A stretch of DNA of 20,000 bases, from IMG/VR virus record IMGVR_UViG_3300029911_000018; one strand, given 5' to 3'. The notes beneath the pieces are model-generated. The model was not told the DNA's origin and did not search any database. It saw only the letters and a list, made by a program, of their open reading frames with translations. The DNA is from an uncultured virus (IMG/VR IMGVR_UViG_3300029911_000018) (lineage: Duplodnaviria; Heunggongvirae; Uroviricota; Caudoviricetes). The position numbers and the translations under genes were made by a program. Every line of letters begins with the position of its first letter. The stretch's first letter is position 1. Shown piece by piece: positions 1 through 8,308 of this stretch.

Positions 1-2
1 CA

Positions 3-791
3 ACTCTTACTCGACCAGAGATAGAGGATTTAAGCCCATTGGAGTTCCGCAATCTGATTATGTTAGTTCAGAAAATGTCTGATTACGACATTTCTCTTTT
101 CCCCTATATATCAGCGTTCACCAGTACATTTGTCTCCGAGAACCTGTGGCATGGTCAAGGAACACGTCTTACATCGTTTGAGAATCGAGTTATTGACCTC
201 CCTGATGGGAACACTATGAAGATTCTAGTGCCTTCGGATCACGCTCGACTGTGGGCTTCTTTGTGTGTCTACCGGGAGCAAGCAAAGGTGCGATTGGATG
301 CAAGCTGGAACGCCGTCTTGCAGGTTCGTCCTATGGCAGGAAAGAGTGTAGACCCCTTGGCGGCAGAGTTGAAAAAGACATCCCGGCAGCTTGCCGCGAA
401 TAGTATGGAACCATGGGAGAGCCTTGTCAAATCCCACGAGGCTACTGACCTCGATGATGGCTGGGCTCACGCGGAAAACTTGGAGACCCGTGAAGGTATG
501 CTCAAGGAACTCCATGGTATGTTGGCGAACGACCGTCATGAGCAGCTTATGGCGAAGTTCGAGAAGCAGCAAATTGACGCAGCCGAGGAGCGTAGGAAGG
601 CGATTGAAGCCATGTCTCGTCGTCGCGGTGGTCCGGGTATCAATGAAGAGACCATCCGGGTGGAGACAGATGCTGATGTACGTCAAAGGGAGAAAGACCT
701 TAAAAAAGGTAGAATGGCTCCGGCTCCAATTGACCGCAGTAAGACGGAGACCACACCCAATCCGGTGGAGAGAATAAAGCGGTATCAGTGA
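3..791 (+). CDS. Hypothetical phage protein upstream of the tail chaperone, probably 5'-truncated by the window
   Basis: The frame is open from position 3 (TLTRPEIEDLSPLEFRN...), so the TTG at 39 is probably not the true start. The C-terminus is charged and helical. Its position before the chaperone/TMP suggests a tail assembly role (inference). Confidence 0.75.
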   Translation, partial: TLTRPEIEDLSPLEFRNLIMLVQKMSDYDISLFPYISAFTSTFVSENLWHGQGTRLTSFENRVIDLPDGNTMKILVPSDHARLWASLCVYREQAKVRLDASWNAVLQVRPMAGKSVDPLAAELKKTSRQLAANSMEPWESLVKSHEATDLDDGWAHAENLETREGMLKELHGMLANDRHEQLMAKFEKQQIDAAEERRKAIEAMSRRRGGPGINEETIRVETDADVRQREKDLKKGRMAPAPIDRSKTETTPNPVERIKRYQ

Positions 792-837
792 TTTTTATTT
801 TAAGGACTTGAGGAACCTCAAGGTAGAGGAGTGATTT

Positions 838-1038
838 ATGAAAATCAACACCACACGTTCGGTATCAAATGGCTTCGAGTTAGACCGGGACGACTCGATT
901 CCCGGCCTACTCAAAGAACTTGATGCCTTCATTCATAATCCCGACGAGCATGAGCGGGTTATGGCCGCATTTGACCAACAACACTGCAAAAAGTACAGCG
1001 AGACTACAACCGCGACGGCCAAGGTCGAGGCCATTTGA
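838..1038 (+). CDS. 66-aa hypothetical protein, partial paralog of the upstream CDS
   Basis: SD GAGGAG at 826-831 before the ATG. GLLKEL...DEHERVMAAFDQQ aligns with GMLKEL...DRHEQLMAKFEKQ of the upstream protein. Confidence 0.7.
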   Translation: MKINTTRSVSNGFELDRDDSIPGLLKELDAFIHNPDEHERVMAAFDQQHCKKYSETTTATAKVEAI

Positions 1039-1570
1039 GGTAATCATGACCATAACGTTCAATCATATAACCCCTCACGTCTCTATCCATCGTGTCATAT
1101 TGATGGGTACAAACTTCAAGATTTGCTTGGTTGAATTGCTCTTGAATGCTTAATCGTTTTGGCTTGGGTTCCTTCGGTGGGTCAAATAAACGATGGCGGA
1201 TATACCGTTGCAGGATGCCGACGATGAGGAAGGCGAAGAGCAGGGAGACATCCCCTTCCTTAGACATGTTCTTTATGATGAAATCGCCTTCGGCTGCGGC
1301 AATCACAATGGATATAATCCCACCGAAAACGGTGTACAAGGGAGCATAAAAGAAGGTGAAAATCGCGAGGACCGTAAAAGTCGGAACGAGGATTGAGGCC
1401 AGTGACAAGGGCTCCCCATTGCACAACTGGATTATTGGGTAGATAAGACCGAGGGTGACAACGAGGACAAGAAAAAGGACACCCTTAACACCATCAATAA
1501 CAAATTGAACAGGGGTCAACACCGTGTTCATGGTTTCGTAGTACGCATTTTGTGGGTTTTGGTTTTCCAT
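1004..1570 (-). CDS. Integral membrane protein (3-4 TM segments), moron-like, antisense to the tail operon
   Basis: Hydrophobic stretches GVLFLVLVVTLGLIYPII, ILVPTFTVLAIFTFFY, VFGGIISIVIAA and LLFAFLIVGIL. GGAGG SD 5 nt before the ATG at 1570, which is preferred to the ORF-track start at 1582. Confidence 0.8.
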   Translation of the reverse strand: MENQNPQNAYYETMNTVLTPVQFVIDGVKGVLFLVLVVTLGLIYPIIQLCNGEPLSLASILVPTFTVLAIFTFFYAPLYTVFGGIISIVIAAAEGDFIIKNMSKEGDVSLLFAFLIVGILQRYIRHRLFDPPKEPKPKRLSIQEQFNQANLEVCTHQYDTMDRDVRGYMIERYGHDYLKWPRPWPSRL

Positions 1571-1586
1571 GGACTCCTCCACTCAC

Positions 1587-1595
1587 AGTATACCA
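1587..1595 (-). promoter_or_regulatory. Putative extended -10 sigma70-type promoter for the membrane-protein gene
   Basis: The minus strand reads TG-G-TATACT just upstream of the GGAGG SD. No convincing -35 element. Confidence 0.45.
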
Positions 1596-1651
1596 ACAAC
1601 ACATAAGTTTTAGCTAGTTTTTAGGAACTATTTCATCTAATAGGAGCTTTT

Positions 1652-2284
1652 ATGGAAGACAACGTTTATGTATTACCCTCTGAGAAGATTGAGACCGCTG
1701 TTCCAACAGCCACTCCAACAGCCACTATACCAGTTAACAAACCCACTTCTATCGAAGATATTATCGCCGGTCTAAGGGGGTTTGGGGTTGAGGAAAATGA
1801 AGAGATTTTGACTTTTACCAGTCGGACAGGTAGAAACGTTAGGCTTCGCATCACTAATATGCCTACCGATGAAGAACTTAACGCTCTCGTATCCGCTGAA
1901 GAATTTAAGGGATACGCATGGGTTCAACGCATTCGAGTGGAAATACTCTCTCGTTCCATATCTTGGATTGATGGGGTAGATATTCGAAGCCTTCGGGAGC
2001 AAAAGGCGGCTATTACCGACGTAGATGGTGTTAAGCGTGATGTTCAAATAGTTCTCCGCAATGTCATCTTAGGTTGGGGGCAAGAACTGGTGCAGACTCT
2101 TTGGAAGATTGCCATGGTTCACTCTGACAAGATCGAAAAACGGTATCAGGCGGAATTCCCGGACTCTACCATTATGACTGAAGTTGAACGTCGATTTATG
2201 GAGACAGTGATGCGGGAGATTGAAGATACCAGCAAGGAAATAATTGAAGATTCAGTAAAACAAATGTTTGAAAAGGAAGAGTAA
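1652..2284 (+). CDS. Putative tail assembly chaperone
   Basis: 210 aa, acidic, AGGAG SD, lies immediately upstream of the tape measure gene. The assignment rests on synteny. Confidence 0.6.
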   Translation: MEDNVYVLPSEKIETAVPTATPTATIPVNKPTSIEDIIAGLRGFGVEENEEILTFTSRTGRNVRLRITNMPTDEELNALVSAEEFKGYAWVQRIRVEILSRSISWIDGVDIRSLREQKAAITDVDGVKRDVQIVLRNVILGWGQELVQTLWKIAMVHSDKIEKRYQAEFPDSTIMTEVERRFMETVMREIEDTSKEIIEDSVKQMFEKEE

Positions 2285-2287
2285 CTA

Positions 2288-5200
2288 ATGCCCGAAGACC
2301 TACCTGCTGACGATACAACAAGCACAGGAAGTGCTGCCCCCGGCGAAGCTGCGAATATTGGACAAGCCACAGCTTCTGTGGATGTTTCTGTTGCTGCCCT
2401 TCGGATGGCACAATCAGTGGATAAACTGGTTAATAGACTGGAGGAATTCTTTGAGTTTCAAAAAAAGGCATTTGAAGCAACAGCAACTAGTGCCGAAGAT
2501 TTGGTGAACCATACAGGGAGTGTGAGGGATAACCTCAAGTCTATCATTGCAGCTTCGAAGAAGCTAAGTCAGAATATAAGCTTTGGACAGGCTACAAAAG
2601 AGGTTCAAAAGATGCGAAGCGAAGTTGAGCATCTTTTGAAGACCACTAAAGAAAATACGACAGAACACCGTAATCTTAGGCGTGTTCAAACTGATTTGAT
2701 AGAAGGGGAAAGGCTACTTGAGAAGCATAAAGGGGAGTCAAATAAGTCATTAAAATCCGATGTGGAACTCGCTAAGCAACTTAAAACCATTATGCACTCG
2801 GTAGAAGATAGCACCGTTAAAATAACCAGCGCCTATAACACTGTAAAAACAGGAAAACTCAACCAAGCATTCATGAATATACATGATGTCATGGGTCGCG
2901 GTGGCGCTCGTGTTCATAATTTAAGGCGGACGGCACAACGAGCGCATGATGTGAAATTAGATCGAGAGGATAAGACTGCGGAGAAGAAAGCGCAGTGGGA
3001 GGATAACAAGAAAAACCTCATTAAAAAAATAAAGGAGAGACCTGACGCAGATGTCTTCTTCGATTGGGAGGGTAATTTTGATATGAAGAGGGCATTTAAC
3101 CATCCAGAGACTAAAAAACTGATGATGGACACTATGCTTAGCGGCGGCAGTGAGGGGAAAGGACCAAGTAATTGGATTGATCGTAAAATTGCAGCACATG
3201 CAATGGGAGGTTTTGGGTTTACAAACCAAATGGCCGGTAAGTTAATGGAAGAGACCGGAGGTTCGGGTGCAGTGGGGGGTGTACTTGGGGGTGTACTTGG
3301 GGGTGCTGAAAGTTTGGGCGCTGGAGCTTTGACCAAACTAGCTGGTCCTATTGGTCTTGGCATTGCTGGTACGCTTGCTGTTAAGGACACCTTTGATGCG
3401 GTAGCTAAGCAGAGCCAAGAGATGGAGAAAAGTCTCGGTAAAGGGGGTATATTCACAGGTGAGCATGGTGGTCTTGAGGGGATGATGAATGCCAAAGACA
3501 ACCTCAGGGCTTTTGGGTTAAACAGGTTTGGTGTCACTACAGAACGCAATATAGCCGTTGCTCAAGCTATGCAAGAGTCAGGAGTTAACATTTCCGGGCT
3601 TGCTAACAAAGGCACAGGTATGAGAGATAGCGGGGTGGGGGACATCGCAGAAATTGCTATGAAACAGGCTCGTGAACTGGGTTTGAGTGATGTTGAAGGA
3701 ACGAAGCAGACTCTTAAAATGATGCAGAACTATAAGCTTACTTTGGATGGTACACAAACTTTTTTCAGGACTGTTGGAAAGGACATCACTGCTGCGGGGC
3801 TTTCAACAGGGAAATATCTGGAGTTACTTGATGATGTTACCGGGCAGTTCGATAGTATGGGTAAGTCTATTGAAACTGTAACAACTCTTTTACGTGCTAT
3901 GGGCAACAGCGGGACTGAGGACGCCGATCAGTTGAAAGAGAACCTCACTTCGCTTATGGGTAAACCTCAGACTGATGAGCAGAGTCTATTTGGAATGTTC
4001 TCAATGTCGAACCCGGCTTTTCAGAGGTATGCTAAGAGTCAGCAAGACAACGCTGCCACACAAATTAAAAAGTATAAAGACACCATCGACCAAGCGTTGA
4101 CTCACATGAATGCCCCACAAGGTGCTTCTGAAGAGATTTGGAAGGGGTTGGATTTAACAAAGACCAAAGATTTAGACACCGCTAAGTCTAGGTTTGATGA
4201 AATTAAAGAGAAAGTAGGGGGGGTATCTAATCCATTCACAACTGCTGTAGGCCCCAATCTTCTAAATGCAAAAAATGCAATGGCGACTGCTGAGGCGTCG
4301 AAGATGGGAAGGTTAAACGCCGCCACTATAGGGGGGGTCACAGATGATAATGCTCTTTCAAGAATGAACTCAACAATGAATGATTTGAACAATGTACTTG
4401 ACACCGCAGGGACATCCACTGAAGAGCTTGTTACAAATTCTACAAAAGCATTAAACACAAATCCACTTCTACAAAAACAAGTGTCAGAGCCTTTAGGTTT
4501 AGACCCGCATAAGATGTTGCGGATAAGTGCGGCTGTGGGAGACATATCTGACTCTATCGTTAATGAGTTTTATAATGGGCTTTCGGCTTCCTCCACAGCG
4601 GGAATGGGTAAGGAGGCTATTGATGCCGAGTATGGAAAACAACTTACAGCCCTTGGTATACAATACAAGCCCGGTGAAGCCCAAAAGACGTATCAATCTA
4701 TGGACAAAAATGTTTTGAAAGAGAAAAACCATGTGGCCTTGATGCAACGAGGGGCACTTACTGGAGCCGTCAGTGATTCAGTAATCACTAAAAGTCTTGA
4801 CGATCATCATAAAGATTCAATAGAGACTGTGTTGAAGAACAACGCAGATTTGGCTATGGGGACAAGGACAACCAACGGGTACCTAGAGGGTATAGAAGAT
4901 GCTTTAATCAATAAAGCAGGATGGCTACAAAAAATGTTCGACATCATGGATAGTCACTGGGGGTTAAAAGCGGATGTTAAAGGGACCGCTGCTGCAAAAG
5001 AGGCTGCGACCAGCAACCAAGCGATGTCGGATTCTGAGTTGTTAAATCAAATTGTCAATTCAATTAAGCCGGATGGATCAGGCACTAATTGGGATTGGGT
5101 TGATCCCGCAGCTAAGGGGGCGGCTAAAGGTAAATCGGCTTCATTTATTCAGCAACGTCTACAAGAACTTGAGCCTCTTGCAGCAGCCGGAAATTTAGGG

Positions 5201-5644
5201 GATCGAAAAAAAGAATACGACGAGTTCTTCGCCGCAAGAGCGGAAATGATGAACGACTTCAAATTACAGATGACTGGTCGGGGGGCTTTTGCCGGACTTT
5301 CGGCGGAACAAAGGGCTCAAGGAAACGCAGGGATCGGTTATGACAAAACCACAGGTAAGGTTATCTCTTTGGTAGGCCCTCCTGATGTGAAGCAAGCAGG
5401 AGACACTCCAGCAGCGACTAAAGTGAAATCACAAACCCCAACAGTTGGTAATGTCAACAGTGGCAACTCTACTACGACGACAAACAATACGCTTGTTGGT
5501 GGACAACAAGTTCAAGCGGCAACTCCCGGTGCAGGAAAAGCCAAAGAACAGAAAACTCAAACACCAGCACCGGCAGGGGCTCCTGTTCAGACTCCGCCAC
5601 CTCATCTTTCTGGTAATTCAGGGGTCTCCGTTGGAGGTTGGTAA
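2288..5644 (+). CDS. Tail tape measure protein
   Basis: 1118 aa, Ala/Gly/Lys-rich and helical. Coiled-coil-like N-terminus and a Gly-rich hydrophobic segment (GGVLGGVLGG...GPIGLGIAGTLAV). Lies between the chaperone and baseplate genes. Confidence 0.8.
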   Translation: MPEDLPADDTTSTGSAAPGEAANIGQATASVDVSVAALRMAQSVDKLVNRLEEFFEFQKKAFEATATSAEDLVNHTGSVRDNLKSIIAASKKLSQNISFGQATKEVQKMRSEVEHLLKTTKENTTEHRNLRRVQTDLIEGERLLEKHKGESNKSLKSDVELAKQLKTIMHSVEDSTVKITSAYNTVKTGKLNQAFMNIHDVMGRGGARVHNLRRTAQRAHDVKLDREDKTAEKKAQWEDNKKNLIKKIKERPDADVFFDWEGNFDMKRAFNHPETKKLMMDTMLSGGSEGKGPSNWIDRKIAAHAMGGFGFTNQMAGKLMEETGGSGAVGGVLGGVLGGAESLGAGALTKLAGPIGLGIAGTLAVKDTFDAVAKQSQEMEKSLGKGGIFTGEHGGLEGMMNAKDNLRAFGLNRFGVTTERNIAVAQAMQESGVNISGLANKGTGMRDSGVGDIAEIAMKQARELGLSDVEGTKQTLKMMQNYKLTLDGTQTFFRTVGKDITAAGLSTGKYLELLDDVTGQFDSMGKSIETVTTLLRAMGNSGTEDADQLKENLTSLMGKPQTDEQSLFGMFSMSNPAFQRYAKSQQDNAATQIKKYKDTIDQALTHMNAPQGASEEIWKGLDLTKTKDLDTAKSRFDEIKEKVGGVSNPFTTAVGPNLLNAKNAMATAEASKMGRLNAATIGGVTDDNALSRMNSTMNDLNNVLDTAGTSTEELVTNSTKALNTNPLLQKQVSEPLGLDPHKMLRISAAVGDISDSIVNEFYNGLSASSTAGMGKEAIDAEYGKQLTALGIQYKPGEAQKTYQSMDKNVLKEKNHVALMQRGALTGAVSDSVITKSLDDHHKDSIETVLKNNADLAMGTRTTNGYLEGIEDALINKAGWLQKMFDIMDSHWGLKADVKGTAAAKEAATSNQAMSDSELLNQIVNSIKPDGSGTNWDWVDPAAKGAAKGKSASFIQQRLQELEPLAAAGNLGDRKKEYDEFFAARAEMMNDFKLQMTGRGAFAGLSAEQRAQGNAGIGYDKTTGKVISLVGPPDVKQAGDTPAATKVKSQTPTVGNVNSGNSTTTTNNTLVGGQQVQAATPGAGKAKEQKTQTPAPAGAPVQTPPPHLSGNSGVSVGGW
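3275..3305 (+). repeat. 12-bp tandem repeat (GGGGGTGTACTT x2.6) encoding GGVL repeats in the TMP
   Basis: Units at 3275-3286 and 3287-3298, with a partial unit at 3299-3305. Confidence 0.9.
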
Positions 5645-5647
5645 TCT

Positions 5648-7006
5648 ATGCCTAACTCATCAACAGTAACCAACTCGCAACAAACCGTGGTCTCCGCTGC
5701 GAATAACTGGAACGCGGCGAACCCCACCCGACCTCAAATCGACCCTAACATTTTGTTGGGGATCATGATGCAAGAGTCTGGAGGGAATCCAAATGCCATC
5801 AACTACAACTCTAATGGGAGTGTTGATTATGGTTTGATGCAGTTGAATACTGGCTCATTTCCTAACGCGGCGTCTTTAAGCCCCGGTGATAATGTCACCA
5901 CAGGGACAGCTTATTTTGGGCAGTTGATGAATACCTTCAATGGAAATACCTATCAAGCCATCGCTGCATATAACTCAGGGGCGGGTAGCGTCATGAAGAA
6001 CGGCATCACCAACCCTAAATATGTAGATGGAGTTCTTCAAAAGGCTGGAGGGGATTACAGCGGAGGCACTATTTATGATGGAACAAACTCCGGTGGCAAC
6101 CCTTCGTGGGCCACACAACCAGTTACTGGTATGGCCGCTCAACCATTGAACAACAATACGCAGAATGTTGACCTAAATGCCTTGGTGCCACAGATCGTAA
6201 TCCAAGAAGGGCTGGACAACACACCGTGGTACGACGACTATGGTCTGATAACGGGAAATCCAAGGCTTCGCGCTGAAGTACAACCCGTAAGTTTTCAAGT
6301 CATACTGCATGACAACAAAAGCTTTCTACTCTCATCCAAAGGGGAAACAGGAAACCCAATTCAGATTCAGTTGAACGCTTCCATGAAGAGTGTTAACTGG
6401 TCAATGAAACATATTTACCATCACCAACGCACTCGTACGGCTCACCATATTACGATGTGGGGTATGCAAGCTGACCTCATTGAGGGGCAATGCACGACTG
6501 GAGTCTTTATGAACCAGTTTGGTTTAACCGACTACTACAGCACCCGCACTATCAATGATGGTTTGAAGAAGTTGATTACCAGTGGTCAAGCGTTCGATGA
6601 TGTCATGAATAATGCAGCCAAAGGAAACCCCTTCTTCACTCAGACGGATGCTTTTCGTGTAGCGGCACAGGATGCCTTCATGGAGTTTTTAGCTCTTTTC
6701 AAAATGAATGGGTCGGTTTGGTTTTGGAATAATGTGTACACAGATGACTTAGGCAACTCACGCGATTGGACAGGAATACAGGCTTGGTCGCCCACGCTTG
6801 GTATGAGTTCCGCCCAAAAAAATGGAAGGAACAATGACGTACTCACTCGCGGCGGTGTGCTCATGTCCTATCGCAACTTTGTGTATCAAGGTTACTTTAA
6901 GACCCTTCAGTGGACGATAGACGCACGCAATCCTTTCAAATGGGACTTCTCATTTACATTTCAGGTGGAGAAAACGGTAGGTCAGCAATTCATTCCTGAC
7001 AGGTAA
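5648..7006 (+). CDS. SLT (GH23) lytic transglycosylase fused to a tube-like baseplate domain
   Basis: Canonical SLT motifs IMMQESGGNPNA, DYGLMQLN and AIAAYNSG. The C-terminal domain (TRTAHHITMWG...YQGYFKTLQWTIDARNPFKWDFSFTFQV) resembles tube-initiator-type baseplate proteins. Confidence 0.85.
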   Translation: MPNSSTVTNSQQTVVSAANNWNAANPTRPQIDPNILLGIMMQESGGNPNAINYNSNGSVDYGLMQLNTGSFPNAASLSPGDNVTTGTAYFGQLMNTFNGNTYQAIAAYNSGAGSVMKNGITNPKYVDGVLQKAGGDYSGGTIYDGTNSGGNPSWATQPVTGMAAQPLNNNTQNVDLNALVPQIVIQEGLDNTPWYDDYGLITGNPRLRAEVQPVSFQVILHDNKSFLLSSKGETGNPIQIQLNASMKSVNWSMKHIYHHQRTRTAHHITMWGMQADLIEGQCTTGVFMNQFGLTDYYSTRTINDGLKKLITSGQAFDDVMNNAAKGNPFFTQTDAFRVAAQDAFMEFLALFKMNGSVWFWNNVYTDDLGNSRDWTGIQAWSPTLGMSSAQKNGRNNDVLTRGGVLMSYRNFVYQGYFKTLQWTIDARNPFKWDFSFTFQVEKTVGQQFIPDR

Positions 7007-7009
7007 ATT

Positions 7010-8296
7010 ATGACAACATCTAACACAACCACGCCTATCGGACCTTTTTCGGAGAATAGCCCCTCTCCGACGATTACCCCCACTACGCCTGCCTCTCAAA
7101 CGCCGGTAAATGCTACATCCACCAATCCGAATAGTCGTGGGGTCAATGACCTTAGTGACATCCGTCCAACGCCAAATCTTTCACCGCTACCAACTCGTGC
7201 GGAAAAGCGGTTAATCCCTACAATGGTGGATGCAACACAGATTCAACAGAATTTTTTCACCTCATCGGGAGGGCAACTTGCACAAGCTCTCGGATTGCAC
7301 CCACAGAATACAGTTCATGACACCGACTTTTACACCTACGCAAAGTCGGAAGCTCGACGGTTACAAAATGGTGTGGATTACATTAAGATTCGTATCCCTC
7401 ATCGTGGTGTTCTTTCTAGTTCTCAGCTACCAGACACTAGTCAAGCAGCGGAGTTTAGGTTCTTAACTAACCCCTCCACGCTGACGGTCAATCGTCAAAC
7501 TGTGGACTCTCAGTCCATGACTCGTGGCGGCTGGCAGTTTGGTGTGTGGGGTGAGGATACTTTCTTGGTTTCGATGCAAGGCACATCGGCGGGTTCATAT
7601 TTCTCTCTCGGTACGACTGACGAGTTCTCTTATTATGCTGTGTCATATCGTAATCTTATGCAGCTTCAAGAGGTTTTTGAGAATAATGGGTATTGGTTTG
7701 AGGGGGAGGAATACAACGAGGGGCCTTTGGCAGCGGACTATCTCCGTCGTCGCATTCGTATGCACCAAGATGTTGAGTTGTGGTGTGGGAATTTTATATG
7801 GTCGGGGATGTTTGATAGCTTTACCATCTCACAAGACGCTACTCAACCTTTCATGTTGACTTTTTCATTGAGTTTTTTCGTTTGGAAAGAAAGGTACCGC
7901 ACTACATCCCCTTATCAAAACAGCATTGCGAACAACATAGAGCGTGGGCATAGCTATAGTGCAATAGAGGGTCAAACCGATACAACCCAAACCAACAATG
8001 CCTTGGCTCAATTCTCTTCTCCATCAACAGCGACTCAGGCACAGCTTTCGAGCGGCCAGTCTGCTGGTGTTGGTCTTACGCTTGGAAGCGATGGACGCTA
8101 CTATCCTCCTTCAAGCATCGTAAACGGGAACATGGTCGGGCCACCAGCCACCAATCAACCCTATGGGGGTTCTCCAGCCATCGCTGCTTCTATCTCTGAA
8201 GACTTATCCCCAAACGTCCCAACTACTGTGACAGACATCATGGGTGTCGGACCAATGAATGATTTGATGTTTCCTCAGAAGAGCCCACTGTTTTAA
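7010..8296 (+). CDS. Tube-like baseplate / tail tube initiator protein (gp48/gp54- or CIS-tube-like)
   Basis: Pattern FRFLTNPSTLTVNR...TRGGWQFGVWGED...WSGMFDSFTISQDATQPFMLTFSLSFFV. Paralogous to the C-terminal domain of the preceding gene. Lies between TMP and hub. Confidence 0.6.
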   Translation: MTTSNTTTPIGPFSENSPSPTITPTTPASQTPVNATSTNPNSRGVNDLSDIRPTPNLSPLPTRAEKRLIPTMVDATQIQQNFFTSSGGQLAQALGLHPQNTVHDTDFYTYAKSEARRLQNGVDYIKIRIPHRGVLSSSQLPDTSQAAEFRFLTNPSTLTVNRQTVDSQSMTRGGWQFGVWGEDTFLVSMQGTSAGSYFSLGTTDEFSYYAVSYRNLMQLQEVFENNGYWFEGEEYNEGPLAADYLRRRIRMHQDVELWCGNFIWSGMFDSFTISQDATQPFMLTFSLSFFVWKERYRTTSPYQNSIANNIERGHSYSAIEGQTDTTQTNNALAQFSSPSTATQAQLSSGQSAGVGLTLGSDGRYYPPSSIVNGNMVGPPATNQPYGGSPAIAASISEDLSPNVPTTVTDIMGVGPMNDLMFPQKSPLF

Positions 8297-8308
8297 TAGG
8301 AAGAATCT

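Noticed and set aside
1652..2290. Lambda G/GT-type programmed frameshift in the tail chaperone
   Set aside because: I saw no correctly phased X XXY YYZ slippery site near the 3' end, and the TMP starts 3 nt after the stop, leaving no room for an extension.
2914..4747. Antisense ORFs (211, 147, 90, 82 aa) within the TMP, and similar shadow ORFs elsewhere (e.g. 225-686, 13788-14413, 18872-19240)
   Set aside because: They lie largely or entirely over longer, well-supported genes and have no recognisable motifs.
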